From NCBI GenBank assembly GCA_037925075.1, contig JAXSNR010000002.1:224001-288000 (forward strand): a stretch of DNA of 64,000 bases, in the 5' to 3' direction. Source of the DNA: Aquificaceae bacterium. Lineage in GTDB: Bacteria > Aquificota > Aquificia > Aquificales > Aquificaceae. The notes under the pieces are model-generated. The model was given only the letters and a program-made list of their open reading frames with translations, was not told the origin of the DNA and searched no databases. Shown piece after piece: positions 1 through 7,879 of this stretch (the stretch's first letter is position 1; each line of letters opens with the position of its first letter). The position numbers and the translations under genes are program-made.

Positions 1-116
1 TACATCCTAAGCTTACCATCAAGTTCTATAACAGAACCGTAAAGGTATGTATGCCTTTCTTCCCACGGGTACTCGGGACATAGCACAGGCTTTGGATGTT
101 TTACCACCTTAAACAT
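1..116 (-). CDS. 5' fragment of a gene running off the window; possible five-bladed beta-propeller (glycosidase-like) protein
   Basis: Manual translation from ATG at 116 gives MFKVVKHPKPVLCPEYPWEERHTYLYGSVIELDGKLRMY. SD GGAGGT upstream; start overlaps the stop of the 109..750 gene. The PVL.P..PWE...GSV...DG..RMY pattern is typical of propeller glycosidase N-termini. Confidence 0.45.
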   Translation of the reverse strand, partial: MFKVVKHPKPVLCPEYPWEERHTYLYGSVIELDGKLRM

Positions 117-750
117 TTACCTCCTCAAAGTTTAAAATATCCATATATTCCCATTCCCTGTATGCCATTGCGTATATACCAGCTTGGGACAAAAGCCTAA
201 CAAAGCCCTCGTTAAAACTTAAACTTCCCATTATAAGAATAAGCTTTTTGCCCGCATATTCAGAAAAGTATTCTAAAAACCTCTTTGCCTTTTCCTTAAA
301 CTCTTCTATGTGCTTTTCTCTTGGTGTGGATTTTACTTCAAGGAGAAAAACCTTATCTTCACATACCACCACAGCGTCAAATTCCTCATAAATGCCCTTG
401 TCTTTGTCTTCATACTCAAGCCTTAAAAATGCCTTCTTTGGCTCACATTTGAAGTATTGTCTGATAGCTGGTTTAAAGGCTGGGAAAATTATGTCTTCTA
501 CAATGGTTCCAAGCTTGTTAGATATTTCACCCCAACGCTTGTTATTCTCCCTGCGGTATTCCCTTATTTGTCTGTCAGTTTCTTCCTTATATTCCCTTAT
601 CTGCCTGTCTGTTTCTTTTCTGTACTCTTCCAGCCTTCTTTCGCCCTCCGCAATCATCCTGCTTGCCCAAAGCTTAAAGTCAAGCATTTCCCTAACAAGT
701 AGTTCTCCAAGCTTTTCCAGCCTTTCTACTCTGTCTTCAAGTTTTTCCAT
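109..750 (-). CDS. Coiled-coil plus PD-(D/E)XK nuclease-fold protein (DUF3782-like)
   Basis: N-terminal charged coiled coil; LGTIVE...EFDAVV...LLEVKS nuclease-like motif. Confidence 0.7.
   Translation of the reverse strand: MEKLEDRVERLEKLGELLVREMLDFKLWASRMIAEGERRLEEYRKETDRQIREYKEETDRQIREYRRENNKRWGEISNKLGTIVEDIIFPAFKPAIRQYFKCEPKKAFLRLEYEDKDKGIYEEFDAVVVCEDKVFLLEVKSTPREKHIEEFKEKAKRFLEYFSEYAGKKLILIMGSLSFNEGFVRLLSQAGIYAMAYREWEYMDILNFEEVNV
557..622. repeat. Two imperfect 33-bp tandem units encoding 11-residue coiled-coil repeats
   Basis: Units at 557-589 and 590-622; protein reads EYRKETDRQIR/EYKEETDRQIR/EYRRENNKRWG. Confidence 0.8.
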
Positions 751-765
751 AGTTCTAAATATATA

Positions 766-2802
766 TCACATCTTCCTAAAGACAGGTTGTAGTATTTGCC
801 CCTCTATCAGTTCATCTACCATCTGGTATTCCACCGCAAACTTTACAATATCAAGCACCTCATCGTATATTTCAAGGGTTTTTTCAATTATTTTATCTTC
901 GTGAGGTAGAGCCATATTGTGAGATCCTGTAAAAAGAAGCCCTCTTTTTCCGCATTCCTGTTGGAATAGAGTCTTTAATTTCAAAGCATTATCACCTTTA
1001 AAGTCCATTAAAAACCTTACATCGTATCCCTTTACAAAGGCTATATCCTCCATTTCCTTATCCTTTATAAGCTTCTCAATGCCTTCCTTTAGCTTTCTTC
1101 CTTGTCCCCATATGTAGGATATCACCTCGTGGTTTTTTAGGTATTCAATGGTGGCTATGGCTGACGCTATGCTTGCGGTTTCTCCGCCAAAGGTAAAGGA
1201 GAAAAAGACCTCTTCAAAAAGCTCCATTATCTCCCTTCTACCTACTATTGCGGATATGGGCATGCCGTTTCCCATGGCTTTTCCAAAGCAGGCAATGTCA
1301 GGAACCACTCCAAAGTACTCCTGAGCTCCACCCAAAGAGAAGCGAAAGCCTGTGACCACCTCATCAAATATCAGCAAAGCCCCGTGTTTGTGGGTTAGCT
1401 CTTTAACCTTCTCCAAAAAGCTATCCTTTGGCTCTTCCACTCCTACAGGCTCCATTATCACACAGGCTATTTGGTCTTTGTAATCTTCAAAAAGCTTTTC
1501 AAGGCTTTCTATGTGGTTGTATTCAAAGGTAAGGGTAAGCCTTTTTACCTCTTCTGGTATGCCCTTATCCCTTGAAGTGGTGCCAATGTACCAGTCTTGC
1601 CATCCATGATATCCACAGCAGGCTATGTATTTTCTTCCCGTGTAAGCCCTTGCAAGCCTGACGGCGGCGGATGTGACGTCTGAGCCGTTCTTACCAAAAC
1701 GCACCATCTCACAGCAAGGTATGACCTCCCTTAAAAGTTCAGCCAATTTTGTTTCAAGGTAGCTCGGCAAGCTAAAAATCGTCCCCCTTTTAAGCTCCTC
1801 TTTTACCCTTTCCAACACAGGTTCAAAGGCATAGCCAAGAATACATGCCCCCAAGCCCATTGTATAGTCTATGTATGTGTTTCCGTCAAGGTCTGTCAAA
1901 ATACATCCTTTGCCTTCTTTGACAAAAAGGGGAGAAGCACCCACTGAAAACTGCAGGTAAGATTTGCTAAAGGTTTGAGAGCAATTAGGTATGAGTTCTT
2001 TGGTTTTTTCAAAGTGTTTTAAGCTTTCTACAAGTTTTAGTGGCTTTCCCTTTAAGGACCTTATAAACTCCTTGTCTTCCTGCAAAGACTTTATGTATCC
2101 TTCGTTGGGAATGATCTCCTTTTCCCTTTTCAAAAGCTCGGGCTTTTCCTTTATAAGCCTTACCACATCCTCGTAGGTAAAGTCCTCCCTGCCTAGGGCT
2201 TTTATTATCCTTTCTATTACCACAAGGTCCTCTGGATAGTCAAGGCTAAGGTGTATGTGGGATAGGTCTTCCTCGTAAGGCCTGTAAAACAGCTTTTTGG
2301 CTCTTTTGGACTTCCTTATATAAGGGCTTACGTGTTCTCTTTCGGAGGGAAGCTTAGCTTTTTTATTAGCCTCAAGTATCCAGCCACCTTTTATTACCTC
2401 CACATCAAAGCCATCTATTATGCCAGTTAGGACAAGGTAGTCCACATCCTCTTCAAGGGCTTTTTTGTAGGCTTTTTCTATGACCTTTGGGTCAGAAAGG
2501 GGACAATCACCGGTTATTCTGATAACGAAATCAAGGGAAAATTCTTCTACCGCCTTTGCATACCTGCTAAGTACATCCGTAGGATGACCTTTTATTGCGT
2601 ACCATCCAAAGCTTTTTGCTATATTTATGAGCTCTGTATCCTCTTCAAGTAGGGATGTAACCAAAACCTTGCAGTCTACTTCTAACTTGTTTAGTCTTGT
2701 GAGAACCCACTCTATTGCCCTTTTACCAGCAAGGATAGCCACCATCTTTTTAGGAAATCTTGTAGAACCATTCCTTGCTTGTACCACCAAGCCCGTTTTC
2801 AT
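766..2802 (-). CDS. Fusion: SpsF/PseF-like cytidylyltransferase plus class III (GSA-like) PLP aminotransferase
   Basis: N-terminal QARNGSTRFPKK and RITGDCP motifs; C-terminal FDEVVTGFR and CFGKAMGNG (PLP lysine). Confidence 0.9.
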   Translation of the reverse strand: MKTGLVVQARNGSTRFPKKMVAILAGKRAIEWVLTRLNKLEVDCKVLVTSLLEEDTELINIAKSFGWYAIKGHPTDVLSRYAKAVEEFSLDFVIRITGDCPLSDPKVIEKAYKKALEEDVDYLVLTGIIDGFDVEVIKGGWILEANKKAKLPSEREHVSPYIRKSKRAKKLFYRPYEEDLSHIHLSLDYPEDLVVIERIIKALGREDFTYEDVVRLIKEKPELLKREKEIIPNEGYIKSLQEDKEFIRSLKGKPLKLVESLKHFEKTKELIPNCSQTFSKSYLQFSVGASPLFVKEGKGCILTDLDGNTYIDYTMGLGACILGYAFEPVLERVKEELKRGTIFSLPSYLETKLAELLREVIPCCEMVRFGKNGSDVTSAAVRLARAYTGRKYIACCGYHGWQDWYIGTTSRDKGIPEEVKRLTLTFEYNHIESLEKLFEDYKDQIACVIMEPVGVEEPKDSFLEKVKELTHKHGALLIFDEVVTGFRFSLGGAQEYFGVVPDIACFGKAMGNGMPISAIVGRREIMELFEEVFFSFTFGGETASIASAIATIEYLKNHEVISYIWGQGRKLKEGIEKLIKDKEMEDIAFVKGYDVRFLMDFKGDNALKLKTLFQQECGKRGLLFTGSHNMALPHEDKIIEKTLEIYDEVLDIVKFAVEYQMVDELIEGQILQPVFRKM

Positions 2803-3302
2803 AGTTTGACCTTTTCCATAATTATTTCATCAACATAACCGCCTTTGTAAAACCTCCTTTTGGTAAACCTACCTACCTCTCTGTAGCCCGCTTTTAAAAA
2901 TGCCTTGTAGGAAGCCACATTGCATGCGTATATACCCGCCATTATGTGGTTTAAATTTAGCTCTGTAAAAGCGTATTCTGTGGCAAGTTGTATGGCTTTT
3001 GTTCCATAACCCTTACCCCAACAACTTTTATCTCCGATTATTATGCCAATATCCGCACATCTATGAATCCAGTTTATACTGCCTATTTTTACATTTCCTA
3101 TATGCTTATCATCTTGCAAAAATATGCCAAATAAGAAATTGTTTTTTGAGCTATTAACAGACCTTACATAGCTTCGTAAATCCTCTAAGGTATAGGAGTC
3201 CCATCTTGACTCTAAATATTGGTTTATATCAGGGTCACTCAACCATTTAAGGTACTCAGGTGTTACATCTTCTGGTGTTAAGAGTTTTAGTTTTATATCC
3301 AT
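2799..3302 (-). CDS. GNAT (RimJ/RimL-type) N-acetyltransferase, PseH-like role possible
   Basis: WGKGYGT acetyl-CoA motif, N.AS..AF.K.GY; located in the pse cluster. Confidence 0.8.
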   Translation of the reverse strand: MDIKLKLLTPEDVTPEYLKWLSDPDINQYLESRWDSYTLEDLRSYVRSVNSSKNNFLFGIFLQDDKHIGNVKIGSINWIHRCADIGIIIGDKSCWGKGYGTKAIQLATEYAFTELNLNHIMAGIYACNVASYKAFLKAGYREVGRFTKRRFYKGGYVDEIIMEKVKL

Positions 3303-3304
3303 CC

Positions 3305-3737
3305 TTATGCCTCTCTTACTACCACATTTTTACCCTTTAAATACTGCTTTATTCTGACAATATCATAGTCTCTCAAAAAAAAGCATCTTTCCTATGGCGC
3401 AAGCATCAGCTTTCGTATTTTCAAAAAGCTCTACTATACTATCATAAGTTCCAGCACCTCCAGAAGCTATAAGTGGGACACTTATAAGCTCATCAACTCT
3501 TTTATAAAGATCTATATCAAAGCCTGTTAGTGTTCCTTCCTTATCTATGGAAGTTATAATTATTTCTCCTGCATCCATCTCCTGTACCTTTTCCAAGAGG
3601 GTTGGTAAGCTAATTTCAGTTTCAACACTACCAGAAAGTATGTAAACCTTGTAATCGCCAGAAGTATTTTTTCTTACATCAATAGACACCACAACAGATT
3701 GAGAGCCAATAAAATCTATAAATCCAACTTGCTTCAT
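3305..3737 (-). pseudogene. Chimeric hisH'/'hisF (WbuY/WbuZ-like) remnant, 5'-deleted and frameshifted
   Basis: GSQSVVVSID, AGEIIITSIDKEGTLTGFD and PLIASGGAG match the HisF C-half. The first 9 aa (MKQVGFIDF, after SD GGAGGTG) resemble a HisH start. Removing one base from the A8 tract at 3375-3382 restores a HisF-like end (LRDYDIVRIKQYLKGKNVVVREA, TAA at 3305). Confidence 0.75.
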
Positions 3738-3752
3738 AGTCCACACCTCCAC

Positions 3753-3851
3753 CTAATTATAATTTACCACATCAGACCTCTTTGTCCATATATTTTGTTT
3801 TTCGTACCACCTGTCCGCCTCGTATTTTTTAAAAACCTCGTATTGTCTCAT
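3753..3851 (-). pseudogene. 32-aa remnant ORF, probably a methyltransferase N-terminus joined to the C-terminus of another gene
   Basis: MRQYEVFKKYEADRWYEKQNIWTKRSDVVNYN, with SD GGAGGTG overlapping the AKR stop. Confidence 0.5.
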
Positions 3852-3855
3852 CTTT

Positions 3856-4710
3856 TCACCTCCATCTATAAGGTAATATAATATCCTTATCAACCACTTC
3901 TAAGCCTTCCCAGTTAAAGGTTATTTTGGGTTTGTTTGCGCATTCTACAATCTCCCTTAGCTGTGCAAGGCTATCTACGCCTACTATTATAAAATCCACG
4001 GGCTGTTCTAAAACAAAAGCAAGACAAAGGCAAGCAACATTCAAACCGCTTTCAATAGATAACCTTTTTAATTTTCTTACCTTATCTTTGACCTTTTCAA
4101 AAATCCCAGTAAGTTTTTCTTCGGGTAGGAAGAAAAGCCCTTGCAGGAATATAGACCTTGCGAAAAGGGTTATGTTTTCCCTTTTCCAGCCCTCTAAGTA
4201 CGGGATAAACCTTCTATCAAAGATGTTTATGGGAAATTCCACAGAGAAGCCTCCACCAAATAAGTCTAAAAATTCAAGCACTTCCCATGGATGGTACACA
4301 GATATGCCAAAACCTTCTACAAGACCTTCCTCTCTAAGCAAATACAGAGAATCTGTTATAAGTTCTCTATGGCTTTTATATGTCTCAAAGGAATGCAACA
4401 ATAAATGGTCAATCTTGCTTACATTTAGAGCTTCTAAGCTTTTTAAAACAGTTTGCTTAATATCTTTATAGCCAAGATACTCCTTCTTTGGAAGTTTTGT
4501 TATAACCTTCAAGCCCCTATTCCTTTTTGAAAAATACTCTCCTATTATTTTTTCCGCATCACCGTATGCCTGTGCGGTATCAACACCGTAAAAGTTATTT
4601 TCCAAGGCAAAATCCAAAATAGTAAAGGCTTGCTCCTTTGATAGCTTTTTTCCACATGCTATACCGTAATCCATTCCAAAGTTTGCAGTGCCAAGTATCA
4701 GTTTATTCAT
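3856..4710 (-). CDS. Aldo/keto reductase
   Basis: LILGTANFG, DTAQAYGDAE, ITKL, LLLHS and FGISVY motifs. Confidence 0.9.
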   Translation of the reverse strand: MNKLILGTANFGMDYGIACGKKLSKEQAFTILDFALENNFYGVDTAQAYGDAEKIIGEYFSKRNRGLKVITKLPKKEYLGYKDIKQTVLKSLEALNVSKIDHLLLHSFETYKSHRELITDSLYLLREEGLVEGFGISVYHPWEVLEFLDLFGGGFSVEFPINIFDRRFIPYLEGWKRENITLFARSIFLQGLFFLPEEKLTGIFEKVKDKVRKLKRLSIESGLNVACLCLAFVLEQPVDFIIVGVDSLAQLREIVECANKPKITFNWEGLEVVDKDIILPYRWR

Positions 4711-5827
4711 TTTTCAATGCGTCCTTTAGATTTTCTACCACAAACTCTAATTCCTCTTCTTTTAACGCAGGATAAATGGGCAGGCTTATCTCCCTTTCGT
4801 AAAAGTCCTCCGCGACCGGGCAAAGCCCCCTCTTGTAGCCAAGCCTTTCCATAAAGGGATGCCAATAGACGGGTATGTAGTGCACTTGAACGCCTATGCC
4901 TTTAGACCTAAGGCTTCTAAAAACTTCTCTTCTTTTGTCTCTATCCTTTAACCTTATTGGATAAAGGTGGTATGAGTGAAAGGCATAATCCTTTTCTACG
5001 GGAAGATATACTTCTTGATAGTTTATAAAGGCTTGTTTGTAATAGCTTGCTATCTGTCTTCTTCTTGCCACAAAGTGCCCAAACTTTTTAAGTTGAGAGA
5101 TACCAAGGGCACACTGAAAGTCCGTTATCCTAAAGTTAAAGGATGGAAACTCCACCGCATACTCCCAATCCTGACCTCTTACTATGCCGTGGTTTCTACA
5201 TCTTATAAGCCTTTCATACAAGTCCTCATCGTTGGTAAGTACCGCTCCTCCCTCTCCTGTGGTTATATGCTTTACGGGGTGAAAGCTAAAGACCACCGCA
5301 TGAGAGTATTTGCATGAGCCCGTTTTATAGCCCTTGTACTCTGAGCCAAGGGCATGACAGGCATCTTCCACCGCATACAGACCATACCTTTGAGCCAACT
5401 CCCAAACCTTTTCCATATCCACAGGATGTCCAGCGTAATGGACTGGGACTATGAGCTTTGTCTTTTCTGTTATAAGCCCTTCCAGAAGATCCACCTTCAT
5501 GTTGCCCGTATCCTCTTCCACATCGCAAAAGACCGCTCTGGCTCCAAGCAAAATACCTACAGAGACCGTGGCGGTAAAGGTTATGGGTGTGGTTATAAAT
5601 TCATCGCCTTCTTTTAGTCCTAAGGCTCTGTAAAGGCAATAAAGGGCTGAAGTACCAGAATTAAAGGCTACCGCATACTTTACACCGCAGTAATCTGCCA
5701 AGGCTCTTTCAAACTCCTCTACCTTAGGTCCCTGCGTTATAAAGTCAGACCTTAGGACTTCCAAGACAGCCCTTATATCCTCTTCATCTATACACTGCCT
5801 CCCGTAGGGTATCCTAAACTTCCACAT
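4703..5827 (-). CDS. pseC: UDP-4-amino-4,6-dideoxy-N-acetyl-beta-L-altrosamine transaminase
   Basis: IPYGRQ start, EDACHALG, FSFHPVKHITTGEGG; adjacent to pseB. Confidence 0.92.
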   Translation of the reverse strand: MWKFRIPYGRQCIDEEDIRAVLEVLRSDFITQGPKVEEFERALADYCGVKYAVAFNSGTSALYCLYRALGLKEGDEFITTPITFTATVSVGILLGARAVFCDVEEDTGNMKVDLLEGLITEKTKLIVPVHYAGHPVDMEKVWELAQRYGLYAVEDACHALGSEYKGYKTGSCKYSHAVVFSFHPVKHITTGEGGAVLTNDEDLYERLIRCRNHGIVRGQDWEYAVEFPSFNFRITDFQCALGISQLKKFGHFVARRRQIASYYKQAFINYQEVYLPVEKDYAFHSYHLYPIRLKDRDKRREVFRSLRSKGIGVQVHYIPVYWHPFMERLGYKRGLCPVAEDFYEREISLPIYPALKEEELEFVVENLKDALKNE

Positions 5828-6839
5828 ACTCCAAAGCCTTCTCTATAAAAGCCTTTAACTCCTCTCCTTCAAGCCACCAGTCGTTTTTATCGCTTCTGTA
5901 ATAAAAGCCTTCTGGCATTTTGGGATAGCTTGTCCATTTTTGTAATGCCTTTGCCTCAAAGTTAAACTGGGGAAGAATTACAAAGTATGTTTTTCCCTCG
6001 TGGTTTATGAGCCTTACGTCCCTAGCCTCATCTTCTGATATAAGGCTTTCGTGTAGCTTTTCTCCCGGCCTTATGCCTATTATTCTAAAGGAACAGTTGG
6101 GGCATAGAGCCCTTGCAATCTCCACCACCTTGACACTTGGTATCTTTGGTACAAAGATCTCACCGCCTTCGGAATGTTCAAGGGCAAAAAGGACAAGCTT
6201 GACGCCCTCTTGGAGAGTTATCCAAAAACGTGTCATATCTACATGGGTTATGGGAAGCTCCTTACAGCCTTCGGATATGAGCCTTAGGAACAGGGGGATA
6301 ACACTTCCTCTACTGCCTACCACGTTGCCATACCTAACTATGCTAAAGCTCGTCTCCTTAGAGCCAGCGTAGGCATTACCTGCAATAAAAAGCTTTTCCA
6401 TGGTTAGCTTTGTGGCACCGTATAGGTTTATGGGGTTTACCGCCTTGTCGGTGGAAAGAGCGACCACCTTTTTTACTCCCTTCTCTATGGCAACTTCAAT
6501 GATGTTCTGAGCACCGATTATGTTGGTTTTTACCGCCTCAAAGGGGTTGTATTCAAGTATGGGTACATGCTTTAAAGCCGCCGCATGCACCACACAATCC
6601 ACACCATCAAAGGCAAGCCTTAGCCTGTCCTTGTCCCTTATATCACCAAGAAAGAACCTCAGCTGTGGATACTGGTCCTCTGGAAACTCTTTACTCATCT
6701 GCCACTGTTTGAACTCGTCCCTGCTTAGGATAATGACCTTTTTGGGCTTGTAGTTTTTCAAAACATACCTTACAAAAGCCTTTCCAAAGGAGCCAGTGCC
6801 TCCCGTTATAAGAATCGTTTTATCATCCAGAAAGCTCAT
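5814..6839 (-). CDS. pseB: UDP-N-acetylglucosamine 4,6-dehydratase (inverting)
   Basis: GGTGSFG, SRDEFKQ, HAAALKHVP, YGATK, RYGNVVGSRGSV. Confidence 0.95.
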   Translation of the reverse strand: MSFLDDKTILITGGTGSFGKAFVRYVLKNYKPKKVIILSRDEFKQWQMSKEFPEDQYPQLRFFLGDIRDKDRLRLAFDGVDCVVHAAALKHVPILEYNPFEAVKTNIIGAQNIIEVAIEKGVKKVVALSTDKAVNPINLYGATKLTMEKLFIAGNAYAGSKETSFSIVRYGNVVGSRGSVIPLFLRLISEGCKELPITHVDMTRFWITLQEGVKLVLFALEHSEGGEIFVPKIPSVKVVEIARALCPNCSFRIIGIRPGEKLHESLISEDEARDVRLINHEGKTYFVILPQFNFEAKALQKWTSYPKMPEGFYYRSDKNDWWLEGEELKAFIEKALEYVEV

Positions 6840-7879
6840 TCCACAAGCCCCCAGCTTAAAGGCGTGCCTGCGGGTATATCTACCTTTGCCCTCCTGCCCA
6901 ATATATCCTTAAGATACTTAGGGTGCATACCATAGCTTGGTCTTATACTTCTTACCTTCTCCTCTGTGAAAACCTCTCCAGCTTTCATATCCTTCACCAC
7001 GAAAAGGCTTCTTGAAAACTTTCTCATCTCCTTTTGTTTCTCTGTTAGCTCATAGCTTACCTTGCCAAGGGCCTTCTCCACCTGCCTTATGGCCTTCACC
7101 ATGGCTTTGAACTCAGCGGGCTCAAGGGAAAAGGCACTGTCTGGTCCTCCAAGGCTTCTGTCTAGTATAAAGTGCTTTTCCACCATGACCGCACCAAGGG
7201 CAACCGCCGCAATGGGTACAGATATGCCAAGGGTATGGTCAGAAAGCCCCACGAGCACGCCAAAGGTCTCCCTCATATTGGGTATGGTTCTAAGGTTAGC
7301 TTCTTCATAAGGTGTAGGATATTCTGAGACGCATTTGAGAAGCACTATTTGGCTGTTTCCAGCCCTCTTACAGGCATTTATGGCCTCTTCTATGTCCGAA
7401 AGGGTCGCAATGCCAGTGGAGATTATCACAGGCTTTCCCTTGCTGGCTATGTATTCAATCAAGGGTATGTCCGTTATCTCAAAGGAAGCGACCTTGTAAG
7501 CGGGAGTTCCAAGCTCCTCCAAAAAATCCACCGCACTTTTGTCAAAGGGTGAAGAAAAACACAAAAGACCAAGATCTCTGGCAAAGCTAAAGAGCTTTTC
7601 GTGCCATTCCCAAGGTGTATATGCCTTTTTATAAAGGTCATAAAGGTACTGCCCATCCCAAAGGGTACCTTCTTTTATCATGAAGTATTCGTTTCTTACG
7701 TTAAGGGTTATGGTATCCGGCGTATAAGTTTGTAGCTTTACCGCGTCCGCACCAGATTCCTTTATGGCTTCTATGGTCTTCAGGGCAAGGTCTAAGTTTT
7801 GAAGATGGTTTGCGGAAAGCTCAGCCACTATAAAAACCGGCTCACCTTCCCCTATTTTTCTGTCCCCTATCCTAATCAT
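6836..7879 (-). CDS. pseI: Pseudaminic acid synthase
   Basis: AELSANH, KLQTYTPDTIT, GTLWDG, SDHTLG; C-terminal SAF domain. Confidence 0.93.
   Translation of the reverse strand: MIRIGDRKIGEGEPVFIVAELSANHLQNLDLALKTIEAIKESGADAVKLQTYTPDTITLNVRNEYFMIKEGTLWDGQYLYDLYKKAYTPWEWHEKLFSFARDLGLLCFSSPFDKSAVDFLEELGTPAYKVASFEITDIPLIEYIASKGKPVIISTGIATLSDIEEAINACKRAGNSQIVLLKCVSEYPTPYEEANLRTIPNMRETFGVLVGLSDHTLGISVPIAAVALGAVMVEKHFILDRSLGGPDSAFSLEPAEFKAMVKAIRQVEKALGKVSYELTEKQKEMRKFSRSLFVVKDMKAGEVFTEEKVRSIRPSYGMHPKYLKDILGRRAKVDIPAGTPLSWGLVE

Noticed and set aside
557..622. 33-bp repeats as a possible CRISPR array
   Set aside because: The units are adjacent, have no spacers, and are in frame within a coiled-coil CDS.
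392..904. 170-aa Ser/Leu-rich ORF on +, and the many similar antisense ORFs in the track (e.g. 3926-4471, 23573-24118)
   Set aside because: These are shadows of well-supported genes on the opposite strand, with no motifs or initiation signals.
766..2100. hemL call for the aminotransferase domain
   Set aside because: It is fused to a cytidylyltransferase inside a sugar locus, and its YHGWQDW motif and context fit sugar-modifying class III enzymes better.
3363..3752. Intact 129-aa hisF for histidine biosynthesis
   Set aside because: It lacks the N-terminal half, is frameshifted, and lies in a glycan locus.
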